From Methanobrevibacter sp. (lineage in GTDB: Archaea > Methanobacteriota > Methanobacteria > Methanobacteriales > Methanobacteriaceae): 32,000 nucleotides of DNA. The DNA lies in contig NZ_JAFRJO010000004.1 in the NCBI RefSeq assembly GCF_017432245.1, forward strand, positions 25,072 to 57,071, given 5' to 3'. A program made the translations under genes and the position numbers. This document shows positions 9,095-18,034 of the stretch, piece after piece (the first letter of the stretch is position 1; the number at the start of each line of letters is the position of its first letter). Below the pieces are notes generated by a model that did no database searches, was not told where the DNA came from, and saw nothing but the letters and a program-made list of their open reading frames with translations.

Positions 9095-9736
9095 TTATTT
9101 TTCTAGATAATTATCAATTCTTTCACCAAAAATATTGTTGTAAAATTGAATGATGAAACCGACTGTAACAGCTGAAAAGATGGTTCCTTCACGAACCCCT
9201 TCAAGGTGGCCTATGAATGCCAATGCCAAAATGACACCTATGCTTACAACAGTAACATCAAAAAATGGCTTGACCTTACCCCAATCCTTGTTCAGGACTT
9301 CCCCTATCGCCACCACAGCACCATCTCCGGGAAGCATGGTAATGTCAGACTTTACTTCAATGACAAGACCGAATGCAAGAACAAGACAGCTAATGATTAG
9401 CAAGATCCATTGACTTATATAATTTGTTGGATTGATGAAGTCAATGAAACTTAAGTTAAAATCAATCATATAGCCAAAGAGAATGCATACAAGCATTTGA
9501 GCTATTTGTGATAATGTGATTTTTCTTAAAAGAACCATTTGGAATATGACAAGCAACACATTGAAAATTATTGTGAATTCTCCTACAGTCAATGGAAAAG
9601 CAACAGCTAGAACAGCAGGAATGCATGATATAGGAGGAGTGCCTAAAGTGGATTTAAGAGATAATGCAATGCCTAAAGACATTATGGTCACTCCAAGAAT
9701 AAGTAAAATATATCTAATAATCAATTTTTTATCCAT
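9095..9736 (-). CDS. Polytopic membrane protein, YczE/YitT-like (DUF6198-type)
   Basis: 213 aa, about 6 TM helices. LILGVTIMSLGIALSLKSTLGTPPISCIPAVL and GDGAVVAIGEVL resemble the YczE/YyaS family pattern. Confidence 0.65.
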   Translation of the reverse strand: MDKKLIIRYILLILGVTIMSLGIALSLKSTLGTPPISCIPAVLAVAFPLTVGEFTIIFNVLLVIFQMVLLRKITLSQIAQMLVCILFGYMIDFNLSFIDFINPTNYISQWILLIISCLVLAFGLVIEVKSDITMLPGDGAVVAIGEVLNKDWGKVKPFFDVTVVSIGVILALAFIGHLEGVREGTIFSAVTVGFIIQFYNNIFGERIDNYLEK

Positions 9737-9812
9737 TCTAAAACCTTTCCTATCAATTAAAAAAATAGTATTCCTCTAAAACCTTTCCTATCAATTAAAA
9801 AAAATAGTTTCC
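9737..9812. repeat. Tandem 38-bp duplication of the leader immediately upstream of the 9095..9736 gene
   Basis: 9737-9774 (TCTAAAACCTTTCCTATCAATTAAAAAAATAGTATTCC) and 9775-9812 (TCTAAAACCTTTCCTATCAATTAAAAAAAATAGTTTCC) are head-to-tail, differing only in A-run length and one indel. Copy 1 abuts the start codon. Confidence 0.8.
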
Positions 9813-9953
9813 ATTTAAATTTAAAGGGATTATGATATTTAAAATTTTTTGATTAGGAGTTTAAGTATTGATTTGATTTTCAATTTTTAAAATATTTAAA
9901 TGATAAGAAATAAAAAATAATTAAAAACAGATTAAAGTTTTTAGGTGAATCAA

Positions 9954-10268
9954 TTGAAAAAAGTTAAGATTACAGTCATGAAGAAAGTAAGGCATGATGA
10001 CTTGATTGAAAAGTATGAAAATCCATTGGAACATGAATGCGATGTTGAATGTGGAGATGTCTTCATAGCTAATGGTTGGGAAAAGCCTGAGAATTTCTGT
10101 GCAAGTGCATGGGAAGTATTATCCCCATTTGTCATGGGATTGGCTAATGGTGCAGAAGACTTTTATGATGGTTGGATGAAAAATAAGAAATCAGCAATGA
10201 TCTCATGCAATGATGGGTTCCGTCCTGTAAGCTTTTTGCTTGAAACCATGGATGAAGATGCTGATTAA
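9954..10268 (+). CDS. Small Cys-rich protein, TIGR04076-like family (function unknown)
   Basis: KVKITVMKK...CDVECGDVFIANGW...PENFCASAWEVLSPFV...MISCNDGFRPVSFLLE. The track starts at GTG 9945, which lies inside the AGGTGA RBS. TTG 9954, 5 nt after GGTGA, is the likelier start. Confidence 0.6.
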   Translation: MKKVKITVMKKVRHDDLIEKYENPLEHECDVECGDVFIANGWEKPENFCASAWEVLSPFVMGLANGAEDFYDGWMKNKKSAMISCNDGFRPVSFLLETMDEDAD

Positions 10269-10382
10269 AAAAATGTATACAATATACAAAAATTATACAA
10301 AATAAATTTTAAAAATAATGTTCATGAAAATGAAAAGACATAGAAAAAAAGAAGAGAAATGGAAAAAGATGAAAAAATAAAA

Positions 10383-11504
10383 TTATCTGTATACTTTACG
10401 GCTATTCCAAATTTGCTTAGTGGATTTAAATCCACTTCTTTTTAGTGATTTTTCATCAAAGTCATTTATCAAATCCACTAATCTATCAATAGCTATTTCA
10501 CTATTTTTTACAAGACAAGATTCCTTCTGTTCAGGAAGATTTTCAAAAGCTTCAGGGATTTCTTCTATTTTTACGATTGGTATATTAAGTTCCTTTGCCA
10601 AATCCACACTGCCATGAGTTTTATGAAATCCTTCTATTTTCAATGATGGGATGTTGAATACACCTGCTTCAATAGTCATTCCCATACCTGCAGCATAGAT
10701 TAGGTGAGATGCAGCATTCATAAAGCTTAACATATCAACATATTGAGGCAAAACCTTGATGTTTGGTGATAATACCAATTCATTAACCATATCCCTATCA
10801 AACCTGTAAGGTGCAATCAATGCCTTAAGATTAAGCTCTTCTACAGATCTTATCAATGGCTCAATATCATCATCTTTCAAATCTCCTCCAAGAACTGCAA
10901 GGACAAATTCCTTCATTCCATATTCACCATAGATTTCATCCTTATCGATTAAATTATCTTGTTTAATGTAGTTATCAACATATTTTGCCATAGGATAACC
11001 ATCGATATTTACAACATTTTTCAGATTATAGTTTTTCTCCAGATACTCCTTATAGATGTTTGAAGGAACAGTTACTAGATTAGCTTGGGAAATGACTTCA
11101 ATCGGATTATAAATATCCTGCTCTATATGCAAAACAGGAATATTCAGGATATTCGCAGCTACAATAGCTTTTCTTACATCCCCTGCATTTCCTGCAGTAA
11201 TCAACAAATCAATATCCTTTCCTTTAAGGGCATTCAATGACTTTAAGATATCCTTTGAAATAAGGTATGCCAATTTTCCAGTAGAATTTTTTTTACCCCT
11301 TCTGCCTTCTCCAATAGAATAAGTTTCATTGCAATAAGGTTCTAGGAAATCCCTTGATGATTCCCCATGATAAAGGCCAATTATTTTATTGATCTTAAAG
11401 CTTAATTTGCCTTCAGCTTCCCTCTCCTTTAGTTTTTCTATGATTGGAATGATTGTTTTAGATGGAGTGATTTCTCCTGCAATAGCTATATTTTTAGATT
11501 TCAT
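10383..11504 (-). CDS. GT-B-fold glycosyltransferase-like protein (MurG/GT28- or DUF354-like), uncharacterised
   Basis: Two Rossmann-like halves: DLLITAGNAGDVRKAIVAANILNIPVLHIEQD in the N-domain, and VLAVLGG...HLIYAAGMGMTIEAGVFNIPSL in the C-domain, like the MurG RAGA-x-T-x-E-G-x-P motif. ATG at 11504 with a GGGGTG RBS; it overlaps the upstream gene's stop by 11 nt. The track ORF begins at GTG 11513. Confidence 0.55.
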   Translation of the reverse strand: MKSKNIAIAGEITPSKTIIPIIEKLKEREAEGKLSFKINKIIGLYHGESSRDFLEPYCNETYSIGEGRRGKKNSTGKLAYLISKDILKSLNALKGKDIDLLITAGNAGDVRKAIVAANILNIPVLHIEQDIYNPIEVISQANLVTVPSNIYKEYLEKNYNLKNVVNIDGYPMAKYVDNYIKQDNLIDKDEIYGEYGMKEFVLAVLGGDLKDDDIEPLIRSVEELNLKALIAPYRFDRDMVNELVLSPNIKVLPQYVDMLSFMNAASHLIYAAGMGMTIEAGVFNIPSLKIEGFHKTHGSVDLAKELNIPIVKIEEIPEAFENLPEQKESCLVKNSEIAIDRLVDLINDFDEKSLKRSGFKSTKQIWNSRKVYR

Positions 11505-12639
11505 GATTAGCACCCCTTAGGAAACGGATGATAAGCAAAATGCCGATTAAATAGAATATCCAAACCACAACATCAGTTGGGCCTGTTTCTATCCAGATGA
11601 TTGTTTGTGCAAGTAAAATTCCATAAAATGCTGTAAAGATGCTTTTACTTTGATTTTGTATGCTATGTAATGTCTTTAAGATAAGGCCGATTAAAAACAT
11701 TTGAATAAGCATTCCTACAATACCGAAATCAAGCAATGCTGGGCCGAAAATTGTAGAGGTTATTGAATGAACCCTTCCAATTGTTGCTTGTCCTACTAGG
11801 ACTCTTGCATCTGAATGTGTAAAGAATCCTGTCAATGTTGTGTAGAATAGATTTCCCATTGTAGTGAATTGATTTTCAATTGCCTTGGAAAGTACATTCA
11901 ATGTAAATGCAGCCCTATAAGATACCAATTCAATTGGATTCAATGACCAGTGCTGCCAGCTGATAGCTTGAACTGCAATGAATCCAACAGCTAAAAGCAC
12001 TGCTGCAATAGCCAAAATAGCTAAAATTATGTATTTCACATCAACATCCCTTGTATAATACAAGGTAATGAGGGCGGATAGCATGATTGCAATAGGAGTG
12101 GTCCTATATCCTGTAAGAGCAAATAAGACTAAACCAACGATTAGCAATAGGTAATGGGATTTTCTATTGTATTTTGCAAGCAAAATATTGATGGACGGCA
12201 GGAAAATTATATAGGATATAAGCCAAATTTTAGTTGCCGCTTTTGCCTTTAATGTAGCAGAAAATAGGGGAATTCCACCTAATAAAGCTATGTTTATTAT
12301 CTGCAAAAGAATGCCGAATGAAACAAGTCCCACTAAAATCAATTCATTTTTTGAATATGAATCAGATAATGATAATTTCTCAGGGATTAGAGTTCTTTTA
12401 GTAGTGGAATCTCCATCGATTTTAAAATTCTTATTCAAGAGGTAGTTAGATAAGAAAACGCCTAAAATAAAGAATAAAAGCCCTAAACCGATATAAAGAT
12501 ACAAATCTAAATTAGGGGAAGGCAATTCACGATAAAAATACCACATAGGCATAGCTATGATTAAAAATAGGATTACCATAACTACAAGAATCAACGGATG
12601 AAATAGATCATAATTTCCATTTTTAAAATTAAAGTTCAT
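11494..12639 (-). CDS. Polytopic membrane protein, oligosaccharide repeat-unit polymerase (Wzy)-like
   Basis: 381 aa, about 10-11 TM helices, with a GGIPLFSATLKAKAATK loop and a TGYRTTP motif reminiscent of archaeal/bacterial Wzy-type polymerases. Translationally coupled to the downstream GT-B gene. Confidence 0.5.
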   Translation of the reverse strand: MNFNFKNGNYDLFHPLILVVMVILFLIIAMPMWYFYRELPSPNLDLYLYIGLGLLFFILGVFLSNYLLNKNFKIDGDSTTKRTLIPEKLSLSDSYSKNELILVGLVSFGILLQIINIALLGGIPLFSATLKAKAATKIWLISYIIFLPSINILLAKYNRKSHYLLLIVGLVLFALTGYRTTPIAIMLSALITLYYTRDVDVKYIILAILAIAAVLLAVGFIAVQAISWQHWSLNPIELVSYRAAFTLNVLSKAIENQFTTMGNLFYTTLTGFFTHSDARVLVGQATIGRVHSITSTIFGPALLDFGIVGMLIQMFLIGLILKTLHSIQNQSKSIFTAFYGILLAQTIIWIETGPTDVVVWIFYLIGILLIIRFLRGANHEI

Positions 12640-13000
12640 AAAAACCCCTTAAATTAAGCATTATTTAATTAAAAGCATTATTTTAGATTTTGTAAAAACT
12701 ATTATAATAAGTTTATTAAAAAGGTCTGAAGTGGGCTTGATGATTTTCTTAAATAATTACAGCATTTTCATTGCTAAAAAATAAAAAATTTTCCAATGAA
12801 AAAGAGAAAAAGTATGTAGGAAAAAATTTTGTGAAGAAAAAAAGTATACAAGATATTGGAAAAAACTGATTTTTTAATGATAATGGTTTGAATAATATGA
12901 AACAAATGTTCCAATAGATAAAAAATAAGAATGTAATACAAAAATTCATAAAAATTTAATGAAAATCTTAGAAAATTGTTGAAAAATTGTTGAAAAATTC

Positions 13001-13223
13001 ATGATAATAACATTTTAAAGAGAAAAAATCTAAAAAAAATCCTCAAAATAAATGATATTACAAAAGATTTGAAATGATGATGAGAATAAATTAACGTGAT
13101 TATGTTATGATAATAACATTAGAAAAAAGTTTGAAAAATTTTAAAAAAAATTACACTTGAAACTTACGTCAAGGAATTTCTGGCCCTGAAATTGGAAAAA
13201 AATGATAATAACAGGTTAACTCA
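13001..13223. repeat. Dispersed repeat set: ATGATAATAACA x3 at ~100-bp spacing, plus composite GTTAACTCA site
   Basis: Perfect 12-mers at 13001-13012, 13107-13118 and 13202-13213 (spacing 106 and 95 bp). The last abuts GTTAACTCA at 13215-13223. A tandem GAAAA(A)TTGTT lies just upstream at 12971-13000. Confidence 0.7.
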
Positions 13224-13458
13224 TTATACAGTTGAAATTTATGTCTAAGAGTCACAACGAAAATTAATCCAAAAATACAACTCAATGAATTGAAAATGCA
13301 TATGAATTGAATATTCATAAAAAATAAATGACATTACAATTATGAGAATAAAAAAATTATGAAAATTGAATAGAAATAGAAAGGATTAGATAAAATAGAT
13401 AAAAAATAGATAAAAAATAGAATAAATGGATAAAAAAGAGAATAATAGAAGATGATGA

Positions 13459-14154
13459 CTAATCTTCTTGTTTTTCAGCTTCCAAGACATAAGTTTCCTT
13501 TGGCTTGCTGTCTATTTGCAAGTCAGTATCATCAGGTTGCCTGTTTAAAAGACGATCGATGAAGCTTCTGTTTTTATATCTGTCAATTAAAAGCCTATCT
13601 GCAGTTAACAATTGATCTTTATAAGCGATTTCCTTAAGGCTGTCCTGAAGTTGCTGGTTGACATTATGTAATTCCTTGTCCTTTTCTAGAACCAATTCAT
13701 CATGTCTTTTTCTCTCTTCAAGGAGATTTTCTTCTGCCTTTTGCTTAGCTAAATCTGACTTTGCCCTTTCAAGCCTAATCTCTTCATTAGCCTGCTTGAT
13801 AAGCTGGTCTTTTTCATCAATGATTTCATAGCATTTCGCAATAGCAGATTTGTTTTCTTCGACAAGGTCCATGATTTCCTTATTCTTTTCTGAAATCTCC
13901 TGATTCCTTTGTTCCATGATTTCATTTATGGAAGAATCCGCTTCACTGCGTGATTGCTTTAAATCTGAAATGGTATTTTTATTATCGTCAATTTTAGATT
14001 TAAGATCATCGATCTCATTTAGATAAGATTCATATTCACTTATCCTAAGAATCATTACCTTCTCTCCACCTTCAAAATTATCCTTTTTTGAAAGATCAAT
14101 ACGATAAGTGAAACTGTTTCCTCTCTTATATTGTTTGACTTCCTTTTCTAACAT
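13459..14154 (-). CDS. Coiled-coil protein of unknown function with a short N-terminal beta-rich (swapped-hairpin/AbrB-like?) module; paralog of 2257..3006
   Basis: 231 aa. The N-terminus is FTYRIDLSKKDNFEGGEKVMILRISEYE, followed by ~150 aa of uninterrupted heptad-like E/K/L/Q sequence. It is flanked by 819- and 922-bp non-coding regions. Confidence 0.65.
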   Translation of the reverse strand: MLEKEVKQYKRGNSFTYRIDLSKKDNFEGGEKVMILRISEYESYLNEIDDLKSKIDDNKNTISDLKQSRSEADSSINEIMEQRNQEISEKNKEIMDLVEENKSAIAKCYEIIDEKDQLIKQANEEIRLERAKSDLAKQKAEENLLEERKRHDELVLEKDKELHNVNQQLQDSLKEIAYKDQLLTADRLLIDRYKNRSFIDRLLNRQPDDTDLQIDSKPKETYVLEAEKQED

Positions 14155-14251
14155 AAAAATACCTTCGTATGAAAAAAATTGATATTATCAAAGAAATTTT
14201 TAAATTAATAATATAATCATAAAATAAAAAATTATTAACATTATTATATAT

Positions 14252-14654
14252 GTTAACTCATTGCATATAAACTTAATTTAAAAATCTATAAAAAAAATAA
14301 TTTTGTAACTCAAAAAATTGAAAAAAATTATAAAAAAATGATGATGAGTCATAATGATATTACATCGATAATTCTGCAGCGATAATTTGAGTTAACACTT
14401 TTTTAAGATAATCTGAAAATTTGAAAAAATATGAAAAAAATAGCTGGTGTCATTTCAAGTGTAAAATTTGAGTTACAAAATTTGAAATTAAATTTCCAAA
14501 AAATCTGCAGAATCCCAAATGATATTAACATGAGTTTTATAAAAAAATATTAAGATCATGGCCTGAAAAATAAAATTTGAATAACTTTAGAAAAAAGATG
14601 GATTTCATATACATAAATGTACAAAAATATAGCATGTAATATCATTGAGTTAAC
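14252..14654. repeat. Orientation-switched array of TGAGTTA(A)CA / AATGATATTACA motifs upstream of the coiled-coil gene
   Basis: GTTAACTCA at 14252-14260; variant TGTAACTCA at 14304-14312; TGAGTTAAC at 14388-14396 and 14646-14654; variant TGAGTTACA at 14469-14477. AATGATATTACA at 14353-14364 and its reverse complement at 14635-14646, which overlaps the last TGAGTTAAC by one base. Confidence 0.7.
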
Positions 14655-15076
14655 GTTGTATCTACAAAAAGTTACAAAGAGCATTAAAAAAATTGATGTG
14701 GAGGATAGTTTAAAATAATTATTTAAAAAAAATAATAATTATTTATAGTTTTTTAAAAAAATAGATAAAAAAACTCAAGTTAGAAAACAAAATAATGAAT
14801 TTAAATAGATTTTAAAATTTGAAAATTTTTTTGTAAAAATTCCTCCAGATTTCTTAAGTAATACTTTTTTATGAGAGAAATTTCTTGAAAAATCTAAAAA
14901 TTTTGTATATTGTAAAAAAATTTAAGAAAAAATAGTATACATTATACAAAAATAAATTTTTAAAAAAGTTCATGGAAATAATGAGAATGGAAAAATATGA
15001 AAATATGAAAAAATATGAAAAAAATAAAAATAGAAATCTAATAATATATAAAAATTTTAAGAAAAAAAATAAAACT

Positions 15077-16561
15077 TTAATCTAACTCAGCTATATTCTT
15101 AGTGAAATTATATGCAAAGTTAGGACATGAACAAGCATGAATATGAATATAATTAGCTAAAGTGTTCCTAACAGAGACTCCATCCATACTATTCAATACT
15201 CCTCTTCCTCTAAGCACATCAAATGCAAGATCATCTGTACTGTCTATGTTGAGTTTAGTGTAGTGGAATTCATGTGCACGGAAAATATCCCCTTCTTCAG
15301 ATATGAGATTATTCCTATTGGATCTTGCTACAACATAATTCAATCCTTGAACTCTAGAAGTCATTTCAGCACTGTATGGGATTGCATTGACCATTCCTAA
15401 GCCGTCAATAGACTCTGATAAATAGATCAATCCACCGCATTCACCATATATTGGCCTATCTTCCTTATGGAACTTATTGATGGATTTTAGCATGGATTCA
15501 TTCTCAGACAATTCCTTCTTGAACACTTCAGGGTATCCTCCGCCAATGTAAAGGGCATCTACATCTGGAATTTCCTCATCCTTATATGGGCTGAATGGAA
15601 CAATCTTAGCACCATTATCCTCAAGGGATTCCAATGTTTCCTTATAGTAAAAGGTGAAGATTTCATCTATGGCAACGCCAATTTTTAAAGGGGCCTTATT
15701 GCCTATTTTCCATAATTCTCCTGGTTTGGAGTCATTAGTAACTTCAAGGTTTATTGCTTCATTATGCTCCCTATTGAATTCATCCTCATGAATGGATAAA
15801 TCCACACGGTGTCCAAAATTATTATCTTCTTCCTTTGATTCAATTGCCTTATCCTTATTGTCTTTTAGAGCGGATTTATCAGATGTTTTCATTATATCCT
15901 TTAGAGCATCCAAGTCTATATACTCCTCTGCAATATTTCCCCAAAGTTCAATATTCCTATTGATCTTTTCCTTTTCAAGAGCTGGAACCAAACCGAGATG
16001 CCTTTCTTCCACTGCAATCTCATCATTTCTTGGAATGCCGCCTATAACTGGAACATTTGCCAATTTTTCAACTGACTCCTTAGCCTTTCTGAAATGTCTT
16101 GGACCTTTGACCTTATTCAGGATAACTCCTTCTATTCTTACATCAGGGTCAAGGGCCTTAAAGCCCAATACAACAGCTGCCGCACTTTTCACCAAGCTTC
16201 TTGAGTCCATAAGAAGGACAACAGGCGCATCTAAGGCCTTAGCAATGGAGGCCGTGTTACCTATATCACTAATAGGACTGATACCTTCATACAAACCTCT
16301 TACACCTTCAATAATCCCCATATTGGATTTTGATATCTTCATAGCCCTTTCAAATGAATTGATTATTTGAAACTCATCCATGAAAAATGAATCCAAGTTC
16401 CTTGATACATTGCCTGTCGCAATTGTATGATAAGAAGGATCAATAAAATCAGGGCCTACCTTGAAGGGTTGAACATTTTCATCTTGAAGTGCTTTCATGA
16501 TTCCTGTAGAAATAGTTGTTTTTCCAACAGCACTTCCAGTTCCAGCAAGTACGACTTTCAT
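15077..16561 (-). CDS. a,c-diamide synthase of the CbiA/CobB/CfbB family (cobyrinate or Ni-sirohydrochlorin a,c-diamide synthase)
   Basis: The N-terminal P-loop [29 protein letters not shown] and [10 protein letters not shown], plus a C-terminal GATase with GGGYPE...ECGGLIYL...HEFHY. The family cannot be split into CbiA versus CfbB by eye. Confidence 0.85.
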   Translation of the reverse strand: MKVVLAGTGSAVGKTTISTGIMKALQDENVQPFKVGPDFIDPSYHTIATGNVSRNLDSFFMDEFQIINSFERAMKISKSNMGIIEGVRGLYEGISPISDIGNTASIAKALDAPVVLLMDSRSLVKSAAAVVLGFKALDPDVRIEGVILNKVKGPRHFRKAKESVEKLANVPVIGGIPRNDEIAVEERHLGLVPALEKEKINRNIELWGNIAEEYIDLDALKDIMKTSDKSALKDNKDKAIESKEEDNNFGHRVDLSIHEDEFNREHNEAINLEVTNDSKPGELWKIGNKAPLKIGVAIDEIFTFYYKETLESLEDNGAKIVPFSPYKDEEIPDVDALYIGGGYPEVFKKELSENESMLKSINKFHKEDRPIYGECGGLIYLSESIDGLGMVNAIPYSAEMTSRVQGLNYVVARSNRNNLISEEGDIFRAHEFHYTKLNIDSTDDLAFDVLRGRGVLNSMDGVSVRNTLANYIHIHACSCPNFAYNFTKNIAELD

Positions 16562-16838
16562 AATATTAAATTAGCATATATTTTATATAAAATTTTCTTA
16601 AATAAAATAAGAAATCTGCATAAATATAAGGGATATTGGAAGAAAGTAATAAAAACAAGGGATTTTTAAATTATTTGTAATAATAATAGGACTAGAATAA
16701 ACATGAAAAAATAATTTTTATTTGCTTACATAAAGTATATAATATTAAAATAAAAAAATTATATATGAAAATATAACAGAAGTAGAATATTTTGTTTTTA
16801 TATAAGCAAAAATCATATATAAGTTAAAGAGGGATACT

Positions 16839-17954
16839 ATGTCTACATTGGAAAAAATGCAAGTTTTGGCAGATAGTGCACAATATGATCTGTGCGATTA
16901 TGTCAGCCATAGCAAGAGCTCACAGGTTAATCTCCCTGGGATTTACCATGCAACAGGACATAATGGATGCAAAATACCTCTTTTTAAAACATTGATGACA
17001 AATAAATGCAAAAACGATTGCAAATACTGTATCAATCAAAGCAAACGCAATTTCACACGTCTTGAACTAAGTCCTGAAGAATTGTCAAGAGCCTTTTTGC
17101 ATTACTACAACAATGGCTATGTAAACGGTCTTTTCCTAAGTTCTGGAATAGGTGATACAATAGACAACACTATGGAAAAAACCATAGAAACAGCAAGAAT
17201 CCTCAGAAAGGATTACGGATATGATGATTACATTCACCTAAAGATCATTCCTGGAGCATCTAAAGATTCAATCAAAAGGGCAATGAGCTTAGCAAATAGG
17301 GTAAGCTTGAACATAGAGGCTGCTACTAAGGATGGCCTCAGTGAAATCACAAGCACAAAGGACTACAATAAGGACATTCTAAAAAGATTGGATTGGATGA
17401 ATGACATTGCAAAGAAGAATCCAAGCTTTGCAAAATCCGGCCATACCACACAGTTGATTGTTGGTGCAAATGATGAAACCGACTTGGAAATTCTAAAAAG
17501 AATGGAAAGTCTATACAAGAAAGTAGACCTTAGAAGAAGCTACTTCAGTGCATTTTCACCGGTAGAGGGAACTGAATTTGAAAAGAAGGAATCCTGTAAT
17601 ACAGACAGAACAGCTAAGCTCTACCATGCAGATGCCTTGCTAAGCGATTACAAGTTTGATGTGAAAGAACTGGTATTTGATGAAAACGACAAGCTTTCCT
17701 TGAAGGAAGATCCAAAGATTTTAGCTGCAAGGGAAATGGACATTTTCCCTGTAGAAATTAATTATGCATCCTATAAAAAACTGATACGTGTACCAGGAAT
17801 CGGTCCGAAATCTGCAAGAAAGATTATGGCCATACGCAAAAACAAGCCATTCAAGAAACTTGAAGAGCTTCAAAGAATTGGAGTTGTTGTAAAAAGGGCA
17901 GAACCTTATATAAAATTGGATGGAAACTACCAATCAGCTTTGGATAATTATTAA
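16839..17954 (+). CDS. Radical SAM protein with C-terminal helix-hairpin-helix (putative DNA modification/repair radical SAM family, TIGR03916-like)
   Basis: LEKMQVLADSAQYDLCD N-terminus, CKNDCKYC (CX3CX2C) radical-SAM cluster motif, and C-terminal HhH LIRVPGIGPKSARKIMAIR. Confidence 0.8.
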   Translation: MSTLEKMQVLADSAQYDLCDYVSHSKSSQVNLPGIYHATGHNGCKIPLFKTLMTNKCKNDCKYCINQSKRNFTRLELSPEELSRAFLHYYNNGYVNGLFLSSGIGDTIDNTMEKTIETARILRKDYGYDDYIHLKIIPGASKDSIKRAMSLANRVSLNIEAATKDGLSEITSTKDYNKDILKRLDWMNDIAKKNPSFAKSGHTTQLIVGANDETDLEILKRMESLYKKVDLRRSYFSAFSPVEGTEFEKKESCNTDRTAKLYHADALLSDYKFDVKELVFDENDKLSLKEDPKILAAREMDIFPVEINYASYKKLIRVPGIGPKSARKIMAIRKNKPFKKLEELQRIGVVVKRAEPYIKLDGNYQSALDNY

Positions 17955-18034
17955 GAAACACTAAAAATAATAAATAATTAAAATAATAAATTAAGATATA
18001 CTTATTTACTTATTAAATCAAAGGATAGGGAAAA

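Noticed and set aside
12749-12949. 66-aa minus-strand ORF in the long intergenic region
   Set aside because: The product is poly-Phe/Leu/Ile, derived from A-runs on the plus strand. It has no RBS or motif and is most likely spurious.
14431-14550. 39-codon plus-strand ORF (MKKIAGVISSVKFELQNLKLNFQKICRIPNDINMSFIKKY) in the coiled-coil gene's upstream region
   Set aside because: There is no RBS. I estimate the chance of an open run of this length at a few percent per start, so several are expected across 1.7 kb in six frames. It also overlaps the repeated DNA motifs, which better explain the sequence.
15707-15880. ~60-aa charged insertion ([52 protein letters not shown]) between the ATPase and GATase domains of the CbiA/CfbB-family enzyme
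   Set aside because: It looks like a lineage-specific low-complexity interdomain linker. The frame is intact and the flanking catalytic motifs are complete, so there is no evidence for a pseudogene or inserted element. I cannot quantify typical linker length without alignments.
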